A DNA stretch of 64,000 nt, from contig CAVZVA010000010.1 in the NCBI GenBank assembly GCA_963778655.1, positions 160,001-224,000 on the forward strand. The letters are read 5' to 3'. Below, piece by piece: positions 11,059 to 21,453 of the stretch. The DNA comes from an uncultured delta proteobacterium (GTDB lineage Bacteria; Myxococcota_A; Polyangia; Polyangiales; JAFGIB01). A model generated the notes under the pieces. The model made no database searches. It saw nothing but the letters and a program-made list of their open reading frames with translations, and had not been told where the DNA came from. Both the position numbers and the translations under genes were made by a program. How positions within the stretch are numbered: position 1 is the first letter of the stretch; the number at the start of each line of letters is the position of its first letter.

Positions 11059-12099
11059 GTGAGGATCGCCTGCCACGCGATTGCGTTCGGTGCGCTCGCC
11101 GCGCTGCTGGGCTGCGCAGGCAAGGGCGCGGGCGCAGGCGGCTCGCCGGCCACCAGCGCGGCCGACGGCGGAAGCGGCACGGGCGGCGGAAGCGGTGCAG
11201 GCGACGGCAGCGCAGCCGTGGCCAGCGGCGGCACGGGTGCGGCGCAAGGCGTGGCGGGCACCGGGGGCGCCAGCGGCGGCGCGGGATCGGCCGCCGGCGG
11301 CATGGGCGCGAGCCCCGGTACCGGGGGCGGCGCACAGGCCGGGAGCCCGGGCGGCGCTGTGGACGGCGGCGGCGTGGCGGGCAGCGGGGGCACGGGCGGC
11401 GCCGCCGCCGGCACCGGGGGCTCGACGGCGGCCGCGCAGACCTGCGCGAACCCCTCCCACGTGCTGCCGCTCAATCCCCAGAATCCCCAGGACGGCATCA
11501 CGCTCGGCGGCTTCTACGTCGACACCGACACCTGGAACGCGGCGGGCTACCAGGTGTCACAGACCATGTACATCTGCGACTACGACGACTGGTACGTGAT
11601 CGCCAACATGGACGACAGCGCCCACGACGGCGCCGTGAAGACGTACCCGAACGTCCACCAGGATTTCAACGCCGCGCCGCTGATCAGCTCGTTCGGCACC
11701 ATCTCGAGCAGCTTCGCGCACACCGGGCCGCACGTCGGCATCTACGAATTTGCGTACGACATCTGGCTGAACGGGGTGGCCGGCAGCGGCTCCACCGAGG
11801 TGATGATCTGGACCGACAACTACAACCAGGTTCCCTCGGGCTCCGCGCTCGACAGCGTGACCTACGACGGACAGGGTTACGACGTGTACAAGCTGGGGAG
11901 CTACATCGCGTTCGTCGCGACCCAGAACCGGAGCTCGGGCACGCTCAACCTGCTGTCGTTCTTCGACTACGTGATCGCCAAGGGTTGGATTGCGTCGACC
12001 TCCACCCTCGGCGCGATCGACTACGGGGGCGAGCTGGTGTCGACCGACGGCATGGACGCGACGTTCGCGGTCACCGGCTTCTCGCTCGTAGCCAATTGA
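11059..12099 (+). CDS. GH12-like glycoside hydrolase lipoprotein
   Basis: LLGC lipobox; VKTYPN, AYDIW, EVMIW, YGGE motifs. Confidence 0.75.
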   Translation: MRIACHAIAFGALAALLGCAGKGAGAGGSPATSAADGGSGTGGGSGAGDGSAAVASGGTGAAQGVAGTGGASGGAGSAAGGMGASPGTGGGAQAGSPGGAVDGGGVAGSGGTGGAAAGTGGSTAAAQTCANPSHVLPLNPQNPQDGITLGGFYVDTDTWNAAGYQVSQTMYICDYDDWYVIANMDDSAHDGAVKTYPNVHQDFNAAPLISSFGTISSSFAHTGPHVGIYEFAYDIWLNGVAGSGSTEVMIWTDNYNQVPSGSALDSVTYDGQGYDVYKLGSYIAFVATQNRSSGTLNLLSFFDYVIAKGWIASTSTLGAIDYGGELVSTDGMDATFAVTGFSLVAN

Positions 12100-12266
12100 C
12101 GAGCGGGCGCGGCCGGCTGCCGGTACTGGGCTTGGCTCACCCAAGTCCTCGAATGGACGATGCTTTCAGCTAACGACCGGGCCCGGGCGGAGAATTTTCG
12201 CAGCGCCGGTCGATCCAGCCCGACCTCGTTCGTCGCCTGGTCGCAACCCCAACCCGGAGACAAGAC

Positions 12267-12650
12267 ATGAAATACCTCAGTTTCATCCGTGCCTCGGAGC
12301 AGCAGCGCGAGGCCCAGCCGCCCGCCGCCCTGATGGAGGCGATGGGCGCGCTGATCGAGAAATTCACCAAGGAAGGCGCGCTCGTCGACACCGGCGGCCT
12401 GGCCCCGAGCCGGGACGGATTCCGGATCCGGCTGGCCAACGGCAAGCTCACCACGACGGACGGCCCGTTCATCGAGAGCAAGGAAGTCATCGGCGGATGG
12501 GCGATCCTGGAGGCGAGCTCCAAGGCCGACGTCCTGCGGCTCGCGACCGAGTTCATGGAGCTGCACCGCGTGCACTGGCCCGAGTTCGAGGGCGAGAGCG
12601 AGGTCAGGCCGATCGAGTTCCTGGCGAGCGACGCGCGCGGCGCGAAGTAG
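12267..12650 (+). CDS. YciI/DGPF protein
   Basis: TDGPFIESKEVIGG. Confidence 0.9.
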   Translation: MKYLSFIRASEQQREAQPPAALMEAMGALIEKFTKEGALVDTGGLAPSRDGFRIRLANGKLTTTDGPFIESKEVIGGWAILEASSKADVLRLATEFMELHRVHWPEFEGESEVRPIEFLASDARGAK

Positions 12651-12690
12651 CGAGCGCACCCGAGACCACCAAGGAAAAAGGAGCAAAGCC

Positions 12691-13125
12691 ATGCGAGTGA
12701 TGGTGATCATCAAGGCGACCAAGAGCTCCGAAGCCGGAGCGATGCCCGACGAACGGCTGCTGGCCGCAATGGGCAAGTTCAACGAAGAGCTGGTCAAGGC
12801 GGGCGTCATGCTTGGCGGCGAGGGGCTGCAGCCCAGCGCCAGGGGCAAGCGCGTCGTGTTCGCCGGCAGCCACAAGACCGTGCTCGACGGTCCCTTCGCC
12901 GAGACCAAGGAGCTGATTGCCGGCTTTTGGCTATGGCAGGTGAAGAGCCTGGACGAGGCGCTGGAGTGGGCGCGACGCTGCCCGGACCCGATGCCCGGCG
13001 AGGAAGCGACCCTCGAGATCCGGCCGGTCTTCGAGGCCGACGACTTCGGCGAGGAGTTCACACCGGAGCTGCGCGCCCGCGAGCAACGCCTGCGGGCGCA
13101 AATCGAAGAACGGCGAAAGTCGTGA
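12691..13125 (+). CDS. YciI/DGPF protein
   Basis: LDGPFAETKELIAGFW. Confidence 0.9.
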   Translation: MRVMVIIKATKSSEAGAMPDERLLAAMGKFNEELVKAGVMLGGEGLQPSARGKRVVFAGSHKTVLDGPFAETKELIAGFWLWQVKSLDEALEWARRCPDPMPGEEATLEIRPVFEADDFGEEFTPELRAREQRLRAQIEERRKS

Positions 13126-13141
13126 AGGCAGCGCAGCGCTC

Positions 13142-14440
13142 GTGAGCGACAAAATGGCGGCAGGCGCCACGCACGCGGCCATCGATGCGGTCTGGCGGAT
13201 CGAATCCGCCCGACTGATCGGTGGCCTCGTGCGCGTGGTCCGCGATGTGGGCCTGGCCGAGGACCTGGCGCAGGAGGCGCTCGTCACCGCGCTCGAGCGC
13301 TGGCCGCAGACGGGCATTCCGGACAACCCGGGAGCGTGGCTGATGGCGACCGCGAAGAACCGCGCCATCGATCAGCTTCGCCACCGCCAGCTGCTCGAGC
13401 GCAAGCGCTACTCCGTGCAGGACGCGGCCGCGGCCGGCCCGGCACGACCGCCCGACATCGAGACGGCGATCGACGAGAACGTCGGCGACGACCTGCTGCG
13501 ACTCGTGCTCATCGCATGTCACCCGGTGCTGTCGACCGAGGCGCGCGTCGCGCTCACCTTGCGGCTGCTCGGCGGGCTCACGACCGAGGAGATCGCGCGC
13601 GCGTTCCTGGTCCCGGAGCCCACGATCGCCCAGCGCATCGTCCGGGCGAAGCGCACGCTGGCCGTGGCCCGCGTGCCCTTCGAGGTTCCGCGCGGCGCCG
13701 AGCTCTCCGCGCGCTTGCCTTCGGTGCTCGAGGTCGTCTACCTCGTCTTCAACGAGGGCTACGCCGCCACGCGCGGCGACGACTGGATGCGCACCGAGCT
13801 GTGCGATGACGCCCTGCGGCTCGGGCGAATTCTCGCCGGGCTCGTGCCCGATGCGGCGGAGGTCCACGGCCTGCTCGCCTTGATGGAGCTGCACGCCTCG
13901 CGCGCCCGCGCGCGGCTGAGTCCCGCGGGCGAGCCGATCCTGTTGCTCGACCAGGACCGCGCGCGCTGGGATCGCCTGCTCGTCCAGCGCGGGCTCGCGG
14001 CGCTCTCGCGGGCGGAAGCGCTGGCGCAGCCGCTCGGCCCCTATGCGTTGCAGGCGGCGATCGCGGCCTGCCATGCGCGCGCGCGCACGGCCGCCGAAAC
14101 GGACTGGAAGAAGATCGTGGCCCTATACGACGCGCTCGCCGAGCTGACGGGGTCGCCGGTCGTCGAGCTCAACCGCGCGGTCGCGGTGTCGATGGCGTTC
14201 GGCCCGGCCGCCGGCCTGGAGCTGGTCGACGCGTTGCTGGAAGAGCCGGGATTGCGGTCGTACCACCTGTTGCCGAGCGTCCGCGGCGACCTGCTCGCGA
14301 AGCTGGGCCGCACCCGCGAAGCCCGCACGGAGCTCGAGCGCGCCGCGTCGCTCGCGCAGAACGCGCGGGAGCGGGCGTTGCTGCTGGCTCGCGCGCAGGC
14401 GTGCATCGAGCCGCCGAACGCCAAGCACGAGCCGTCCTGA
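13142..14440 (+). CDS. ECF sigma factor with C-terminal TPR extension (ECF42-type)
   Basis: AEDLAQEA..WP..G.PDNPGAWL, LVFNEGY, YALQAAIAACH; follows DGPF genes. Confidence 0.9.
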   Translation: MSDKMAAGATHAAIDAVWRIESARLIGGLVRVVRDVGLAEDLAQEALVTALERWPQTGIPDNPGAWLMATAKNRAIDQLRHRQLLERKRYSVQDAAAAGPARPPDIETAIDENVGDDLLRLVLIACHPVLSTEARVALTLRLLGGLTTEEIARAFLVPEPTIAQRIVRAKRTLAVARVPFEVPRGAELSARLPSVLEVVYLVFNEGYAATRGDDWMRTELCDDALRLGRILAGLVPDAAEVHGLLALMELHASRARARLSPAGEPILLLDQDRARWDRLLVQRGLAALSRAEALAQPLGPYALQAAIAACHARARTAAETDWKKIVALYDALAELTGSPVVELNRAVAVSMAFGPAAGLELVDALLEEPGLRSYHLLPSVRGDLLAKLGRTREARTELERAASLAQNARERALLLARAQACIEPPNAKHEPS

Positions 14441-14572
14441 CCGCCGGCGCGCGGCCGCGCTCCGCTACGCCCGCCAGACCACCGGAAAGCGGTCGTCGTC
14501 GGCGGGGTGCTGGCCGGGCGACACCGAGACTTCGGCGGGACGCACGGCGCTGTGGACGTTCGTGACCCACGA

Positions 14573-14603
14573 GGATTCGAACCCTCGACGTCAACCTTGG
14601 CAA
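14573..14603 (-). repeat. att-like copy of tRNA-Gly anticodon-to-T-arm segment (31 bp)
   Basis: GGATTCGAACCCTCGACGTCAACCTTGGCAA identical to 32377-32407; AAGTGGTTGAT direct repeats at 14698-14720. Confidence 0.8.
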
Positions 14604-14819
14604 TCATGCGAAGGCCCGCGAAGCGACTGCTGAATTCGAACCATTTCAACAACCTACACAAGCAGACGCCCACGCTCGTTCACCCGAATTCACGGGCAAG
14701 TGGTTGATGAAGTGGTTGATCGATTCGGGGTCTCCGCAGCGTCGCCGGTCCAGGCTTGATCAAGGGGTCTGGAGCCATCCCCGTGCCGACAGCCCGGCCA
14801 TCGTGCTATTCAATTCGGG

Positions 14820-15041
14820 ATGACGAGCTACACGGCGGTCTTCGAGCGCGAAGAAGACGGGGGCTACTCGGTTTGGGTGCCCGATCTGCCCGGCTGCGCG
14901 TCGCAGGGCGACACCTACGGCGAGGCGATGGCCAACATCCGCGAAGCGATCGAGTCCTACCTCGAAGCGCACAAGAAGCTCGGCCGTCCCATTCCAGCGC
15001 CGCGAACCGAAATCAAGGTCGTCGAGATCCCCGCGGCGTGA
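14820..15041 (+). CDS. hicB: HicB-family antitoxin
   Basis: YSVWVPDLPGCASQGDTYGEAMANIREAI. Confidence 0.9.
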   Translation: MTSYTAVFEREEDGGYSVWVPDLPGCASQGDTYGEAMANIREAIESYLEAHKKLGRPIPAPRTEIKVVEIPAA

Positions 15042-15499
15042 CTCGACCGCCGCAGGTCACTGCCGAGCGCCTCTTGCGCGCGCTCGCGCGCGCCGGTTTC
15101 ACCGAGGTGCATCGTAAGGGCAGCCACGCGACGTTGGTGCACGAAGCCGATCCGTCACGCGTCGCCGTCGTCCCTGTGCACAAAGGCAAAGACATCCGAC
15201 CCGGGACGCTGCGCAGGATCCTGAAGGGTGCGCGCCTCTCGATCGATGAGCTCCGAGAGTTGCATGACCGAGGCGCCGCTGCCGCCGACGCTCTAACCCG
15301 GCTTGCGTCGCGGCCGCTTGTTGAGCTGCGCCATGACCTCCCGAGCCGTGCTCGACGGCGCCTCGATCAAGTGCTCCCGGTAGCGACCCGCGCCCACTCA
15401 GGTGAGACGTCGGCGTGCTCCGACAGCACCTCGGTACTGCCCTTGGCGGCTTGCAGAAACGCTACGCGTCCGGTGAGAACGAGATCGTCGAGCTGGTAG
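15038..15499 (+). CDS. hicA: HicA-family toxin; normal stop (~15267) apparently lost, frame reads through
   Basis: GF..HRKGSH..VPVH..GTLRRILK; GTG start overlaps hicB stop. Confidence 0.8.
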   Translation: MTRPPQVTAERLLRALARAGFTEVHRKGSHATLVHEADPSRVAVVPVHKGKDIRPGTLRRILKGARLSIDELRELHDRGAAAADALTRLASRPLVELRHDLPSRARRRLDQVLPVATRAHSGETSACSDSTSVLPLAACRNATRPVRTRSSSW

Positions 15500-15981
15500 G
15501 CGCGCGACAGGCTCAGTCCGCCGATGAACGTGTGCCACGCCTGCACGGCCGTCCGCTGGGACATGCGCTGCTGGCTGCCGTGGTGGTGCATCGAGATCCA
15601 CAGCGGCCCGACCAGGCGCTCCCCCTTGGCCAGCCAGCCGTCGGCACGCGCCGCCATCAGGTAGCCCGCGGTCGCGTCCCGCGTCCGGTCGCTGAGCAGA
15701 AATCGCCTCTCGCGGTAGTTGTTGCCTTCGCAGGCCCGCTCGACCGCCTCCTGGACCACGTGGACGCGTCCGGCGGCGGGGCCCTTGACCACCTCCTCGG
15801 CATTGAGCCAAACGGCCGCCTTGGTGCGCAGGGCGCCGTCCCAGAGCAAGTAGACGAAGGCCCGCGTCCGCAACGCGACGAAGTCGCCGGTCGAGGCCCA
15901 ACGTTCGAGCGCCGCGCCAATCCGGCTCTGATCGCGCGGCTCGATGACGACGCTCTTTCTGACCCGCGACGGCGTACCCAT
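15293..15981 (-). pseudogene. Tyrosine-recombinase-like protein, frameshifted near 15385
   Basis: Inverted paralog of 62792-63478; 2-nt insertion before the terminal Tyr. Confidence 0.7.
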
Positions 15982-16092
15982 CGGACGCCACTATGCCATA
16001 TCATCCTGGCGTCGCATACCGAGAGCGCAGGTGCCAAGGACCTCGGGTCGGCGTGCCGCCCTTGCATCGGGCAACGAAGGCCGAGTCCGGAA

Positions 16093-16407
16093 TCAGGCAG
16101 CTTCGATCTCGACCTTGTATTTCAGCCCAGCCGCGTCCAGCTCGCCCTGAATGGCGAGCTTGACAAGCACGGGCTCGGGGTACCCGAGAACCCGAGCCCA
16201 CTTGGCTGCGCGTTCGGGGCTCACGACCTTGCGGCCCTTCTCGACGTCGCACAGATGCGACTTCGAGACCCCAAGCTTTTTGGCACACTCATCTTGGGAG
16301 AGCTCATCGCTCTTGCGGATCGACTCTATGGCCCGACCCAGGGTGAGCGGGCCGCCGGCAATCTTCTCCAGCGTCTTGATCGCCTCGGACTTCTTGGCCT
16401 TGCGCAT
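16093..16407 (-). CDS. Xre-HTH antitoxin (HigA-like)
   Basis: LSQDECAKKLGVSKSHLCDVEKGRK. Confidence 0.85.
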   Translation of the reverse strand: MRKAKKSEAIKTLEKIAGGPLTLGRAIESIRKSDELSQDECAKKLGVSKSHLCDVEKGRKVVSPERAAKWARVLGYPEPVLVKLAIQGELDAAGLKYKVEIEAA

Positions 16408-16418
16408 GGGCACCTCCA

Positions 16419-16697
16419 TCAATACTCGTGCTTGTTGACTTCCTCGACCGACACGAACTTCGCCGTGTCCTCCTTGATCTCGTAGATGGCGCGGTACGCC
16501 TTGCTCGAGCGGATGGACCGCTGACCGGCCCGGTCGCCTTTCAGAGGCTCGTCGTGGTAGCCGGGCACCTTGCGTACTTCCTCCAGGCCATCGTGCTCGA
16601 CCGCCGCCACCCAGATCATCGAGTTGTCCACGATGTGGCGAGGCAGCTTCCGAAGCTGCTTGGCCGCGAGCCTCGTGATCTCGACCCGCCGGACCAT
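16419..16697 (-). CDS. RelE/HigB-family toxin
   Basis: HDEPLKGDRAGQRSIR..YRAIY; upstream of HTH gene. Confidence 0.85.
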   Translation of the reverse strand: MVRRVEITRLAAKQLRKLPRHIVDNSMIWVAAVEHDGLEEVRKVPGYHDEPLKGDRAGQRSIRSSKAYRAIYEIKEDTAKFVSVEEVNKHEY

Positions 16698-16704
16698 CGG
16701 TTCC

Positions 16705-16735
16705 AGCGGTACACCCGTGAGGTGAACCTGTCAAC
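16705..16735 (-). promoter_or_regulatory. Putative promoter/operator of the higBA-like operon
   Basis: TTGACA followed by imperfect palindrome GTTCACC-TCACG-GGTGTAC just upstream of the toxin ATG. Confidence 0.45.
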
Positions 16736-16855
16736 GTGTGCGGTTCGAGCGCACGTTCACGAGCACGCTCAAGTCGGCCGCGGGTACGATTGGAGGCAGT
16801 CGCGGATGGGCCGGACAAGGGCGCTGGGCGGGGGCCGGACGTGGACGTCCAGCGC

Positions 16856-16929
16856 CCGAATGGAGCGCGGTGCAGTTGCAGGCGAGTTGACATATTGTGT
16901 TGACTGCGAAGCGTGCGCCGCGAGGCGCG
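16856..16929 (+). repeat. ~74-bp non-coding repeat, inverted copy at ~55839-55912
   Basis: CCGAATGGAGCGCGG...AGTTGACATATTGTGTTGACT...GAGGCGCG present in both places. Confidence 0.8.
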
Positions 16930-16961
16930 AGGAGGACCGATGAGCTGAAGACCTCATCACT

Positions 16962-17562
16962 GTCCGGGTCGGGCCGGGCATTAAGGGCGTCGTGAACCCC
17001 GCCTAGGTTGGAACGGCGGGCTGCAAAAGCCGAACGACGTCAACTTTGTGCGCTCTCCGAGCGGCTCACCGCAAGGAGGGATTCTTTCTCCCCTACTCGC
17101 CAACATCGCGCTGAGCACCATCGACGAGCGGTACGAACGCCATGCTTGGCCACGTGGGCTCGCCACCCGGCGCTCTCACGTGGGCCGACCGAGCAAAGCG
17201 CTCACCGAGCCCGACGACATTGCCCAGCGCGCGCTCGTCAATCGCGCCAACGACAGACGGCGCGGTTTTCCGATCTTGATGCCGATTCGGTACGCCGATG
17301 ACTTCATCATCTTGGTCAGCGAACCCGCCGGCGCCCCCGCTGGCGGGCAATGCTCAGATGGCGCGATGGGGCGACCCGTCCTTTCATCATGGCAAGCATT
17401 CGGGTCCGGCCCTACCGGTTCGCTTGGCAGACGACCCCCGACTTTGCGTCAACATCTGCGGAGAGCCCGGTGCGTAACGAATGGCGCACGCCGGGTTCGG
17501 TGAGGGGCACGCGCAAACCTGCTCGGGGTCGACCCGAGTAAGGCGCCGCGTGCCCACTCTAC
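16962..17562 (+). mobile_element. Group II intron, internally deleted (~600 nt)
   Basis: 5' GTCCGGGTCG..; RT fragments GSPQGGILSPLLANIAL and RYADDF; domain V GAGAGCCCGGTGCG..GCACGCCGGGTTCGG; domain VI ending CTCTAC. Confidence 0.8.
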
Positions 17563-17622
17563 AGAGCCTACCTTCCCCCGGCGGCAGGATCGGAGCGACT
17601 CGTGCTGCTGTGCAGGTGAGGC

Positions 17623-19273
17623 ATGAGACTGGTCGTTGCGACGCTGTTGTTGGCATGGGTGGTCGGCTGCAAGCTCGATAGCGCCCCGCTAATCAGCAAG
17701 TCCAAGACGCATCCCGCCAGCAAGAGCGGCGCTGCAGCCCAATCCGCGATGGACGCAGGTGCCGATTCGGCTCCGGCTCCGAGCACGGACAAGGACGCGG
17801 CGAGCGCGCCGAGCGGCCTCAAGGACGCATCGAGCGCGGGCTCGCTCGATGGGGCCGCCGCCGACGGCGGACAGTTCGGCACCAATCCGGTTCCGCACGA
17901 TCCGCCGCCGCCGCCAAAGAACGGCGGGCTGCAGTGCGGCGGCGTTGCGTGCCCGTACGCGGCCGTCCCGATTCAGCAGTGCTGCACCGGCCAAGACGAC
18001 GTGGACCAGGGCGCCGCCAGGGCCAAAGACCGCTGCGGCCTGGACTTCAGCGCGACCGGCTCGGACTTCTTCGGCACCATGTGCTGGCAGCGCGATCAGC
18101 TGGGCGTCGTCGACAGCGCTTGCCCGGGGGTGCAGGTCGACATCCATTCCCATGAGCTGGGTTGCTGCAGTGACGAGGGCCGCTGCGGCGGCGTCAACTC
18201 CGATTATGCGCTCGGCTGTCACTACGATCCCGATGCGCCGGTACAGCCCTGCGGCGCCGTGGGCGACGAGGCCGACGCGGGCACGAGCTGCGACCCGCTC
18301 GGCGTCTTTGGCATCCGCATGCGCGTGGACATGGACTGGGTCTGCGCGTGGGCGCTCGGGCGGGCTCGTAGGCCTCACCGACGACGGCCGGGGCACGCTC
18401 GTGGTGGACATGCTCCTGAACGTCGACGGCTTCGATCCGGATACACGCGCGCTGCACGGCACGATGCAGCCCTGCAACGTCGAGCTGCCCACCTTCTACA
18501 GCACCACGCTGTGCGAGGCGTACCGGCCGGTCTTCCCGACCTCGCTGTGGGACAGCAGCGCGATGCCCCACTTCGCCTTCAGCGGCCACATGCAGTGCCT
18601 GCAGCCCGGCTGCATCGATAGCATCGACGCGCAGACCGTGCTGATCGGCATCGAGCTGTCCAACCCCGAAGCAACCTGGCCCACAGCCAACCAGACCGCC
18701 CAGCTCAGCTGCCCCAGCGGTAGCGGCACGCAGTGCTTTCCCGACCACGACGGCGACGGGCTGCCCGGGGTGACGGTGCACGTCGCGACCTCGGGCGTGT
18801 CCACGGGCGGGACCGGCTGCTCGGGCAAGTATCAGAACCAGGGCGCGCCGCTAAGCGCGAGCCCGGCGGCTATCATCGACGGCGTACGCCGCACCGATCG
18901 GATCGCGATCGGCGTGCGGAGGAAAGTCGGCGGCTCGATCACGCTCGGCGACGACTGCAACCAAGGCCACGGCTCGAGAATCGCGGAGTTCGTCAACTCC
19001 CGGGCCGCCGCCTGTCTGGTCGAGCCAGGGACCTTCAACTTCCCGTTCGGGCTGGCCGCAGGCCAAAACGACGCGTGCCAGCCATCCGAGGCGTCCTTCA
19101 TGGACGCCAACCTCCCGCTCTACAACATCCTGGCCGTGGGCCAGACGCCGGATGCCAAGCTCAATCTCGCCGACACCTCGACCAGCGCAGGCCCGCAGGT
19201 CAGCCTGGTGCGCCTGGGCCCGCCCGGCGCGCAGGTGAGCTGCGCCGACGTACGCGACGCGAGCTATCCATAG
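17623..19273 (+). pseudogene. Cys-rich lipoprotein, frameshifted near 18345
   Basis: VVGC lipobox; ORFs 17623-18621 and 17759-19273 give consecutive halves; DHDGDGLPGVT motif. Confidence 0.65.
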
Positions 19274-19415
19274 CGGGGCTGCGCCTCGGATTCAGACCCA
19301 CAGCCGTCTCCCGCCCCGCCAACAGAGCCGGGTGACTTGCACCGGCCCACTTCACAGCGCCCGCGTCGAGCGGTATGAGCGATGCTTCACGCTGTCAAGG
19401 AGGAGGATCGAGCTC

Positions 19416-19895
19416 ATGAACAGGATCGGTATCTTCGGCGTCACCGCCGCGTTGATGCTCGCGGCGGGATCCCCGGCGCTGGCACGGACTACGGTGTATC
19501 CAGCGTCGATCTGCAAACCGGGCAACCCCACCACGGCGGTCACGATTCCGTACAGCAGCGGAGGGCTGCGCTTCGCGACCAACGGCGTGCTGATCTGCCC
19601 GATCCCCAAGACCGGGACGACCCCAGGGCACGTACAAAACGTCTGGATTCGCGTGCGCCGAGGCGGCTACTTCGGGCCGATCATGCTGACGCTGTGGAGC
19701 TTCGACTCGATGGGCAACCTCGTCGACTCCAGTCAGTCCCGCATCAACCAGGACGACCGCAACACGATCAGGAGCTACCGGCTGCCGATTGGCTCGGCGG
19801 GCGTGCGCGGCGCGACGGTTGGCTACTACCTGGTGAACGTGGCCATGAACCAGGGCGACGAGCTGGTCTCGATCCGCGTGGACGACAGCGAGTAG
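19416..19895 (+). CDS. Small secreted hypothetical protein
   Basis: AGGAGG RBS, signal peptide ending ALA. Confidence 0.65.
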   Translation: MNRIGIFGVTAALMLAAGSPALARTTVYPASICKPGNPTTAVTIPYSSGGLRFATNGVLICPIPKTGTTPGHVQNVWIRVRRGGYFGPIMLTLWSFDSMGNLVDSSQSRINQDDRNTIRSYRLPIGSAGVRGATVGYYLVNVAMNQGDELVSIRVDDSE

Positions 19896-19959
19896 CGAAG
19901 CTGCGCCTCGGAGCCACGAGGCACATTGCTTGAAATCGCCGCAAGACGGGGCCTCGCTG

Positions 19960-20506
19960 GCTTGTCACCGGAGGGCCACGCGCCCCACCAGCAAAGCTGG
20001 CGGGGCCCCCTGCTCGTGCACGGCAAGGGCGACCCGGACGGGCAGCACCGAGCGCCGCGCCGTCTGGGCCGGGGCCAAGCGCTCAGGCCGGCGCGAGCGA
20101 CGCGGCGGGCGGCGCAGGCGGCGGGCCGTTCGCGCCCTCGAGCGCAGGCACGAGCCCGCAGCACGGCGGGGCGGACGGTCATGCAGGGCGGCCTCGACTG
20201 GCAGCTCACGCGGCCCAACGGGGTGCTCGAGATTGAAGCGGCGGCGATCCTGACCACGGACGACGGCGCAGTGATCCAGCTGACGCCGGACGGCAGTCTC
20301 GACCTGTAGCTCGACGCCCGCTACACGCTACGCACCGACGACGGCGAGCTGATCGTGGTCCGCAACTGCGGAATCTTCTCTGGCACCAGGCTCTACTCCG
20401 AGACGCGCAGCGACGGTCCGTACGCGTGGCTCGACGGCGCTCGCTTCACGAGCTCGGTGGGCCTCGCGCCCGGCGGCATCGCGATCAGCATCTACGACGC
20501 GCAATA
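19960..20506 (+). pseudogene. DUF3237-like protein remnant
   Basis: GGLDWQL..L(*)LDARYTLRTDDGELIVVRN..YAWL with internal stop at 20307-20309. Confidence 0.5.
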
Positions 20507-21453
20507 GCTGCGGTGCGAGCACACGCGCGAAGTCGGGATTTCGTAACACTTGAGTAGGGTTCTTCTCGCCCTCCCGACAGGTTCGCGGACGCCGATCGAA
20601 GTACTGCGTCGCCGGTGGCTCGTTCGACGGCAACGGCTACATGAGCCTGCACACGCCGACGCTGATGGTGGACGGCGAGAACGACACCCTGGCCTTGTCC
20701 AACACGCAGCGGGATTACGAAGCGGCCACCGTGCCGGTCTTCCTGATCGTGATCCAGGGCTCCGACCACATCTACGCGGCGCGCAATGGCCTCGGCGTGA
20801 TCGTGGCCTGGCTGCGAGGTCATCGTCCCGTTGGTGAGCTTCACGGTTGGGTAGACGTAGAAGCAGTCGAAAGCGGAATCTTTCGCGGTGACGCGCGGCT
20901 CGATCTTGCGCGAGCCATCCGGCAGCAGCTCGGTGGCGTCCAATAGGTGAACTCCGAGCGCCCGCGGACGTTGGGTGCACGCGACCGCGGGCGCCCGGAG
21001 CTATTGGACCCAGTGGGAGTAGAGGACCACCGGAACCGCCGGACGTACTACTGGGTTGGGAGATGCGTGCTCACAAGTGGGTCGTTTTGTTAAGGGACAT
21101 GAGACACGCAACTGCACGGGCTCACGCTAGGCGGTCGATGTCGCACGAATCCTTTCGAGTTTGCGACAAGAGCGCTACGCCAACGGCCTGGCGCCCGTCG
21201 CGAGCGCGCCCTGCCCGCGACACGCAGCCATCGGGGCCGGCCATATCGCCAGGGTCGCGGCCGGCTCGGTCGCACAGCGGACGGGCCCGGTCCACCCGCG
21301 CGGGCTCGCGTCGGCGGCAGCGTGCGCGGCCCACAGCCCTCAGCCGACCGCGGGCCCCGCACGCCGGGCGCGGAGTGAACACCGCCAGGGCGATGCGCGC
21401 GATGCCGGTCAACGAGGCGCGGGCCCGTGTGGAGTCTGCTGCCCGAGCAGCAG

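Noticed and set aside
7381..12173. Long overlapping Arg/Ala-rich ORFs (e.g. 7381-8760, 8846-10348, 11019-12173) and similar ones elsewhere
   Set aside because: Shadow frames of high-GC genes with no recognisable motifs
3863..17562. Diversity-generating retroelement (FGE-domain target plus RT fragment)
   Set aside because: The RT sits inside group II intron domains, and I found no template repeat matching the FGE 3' end
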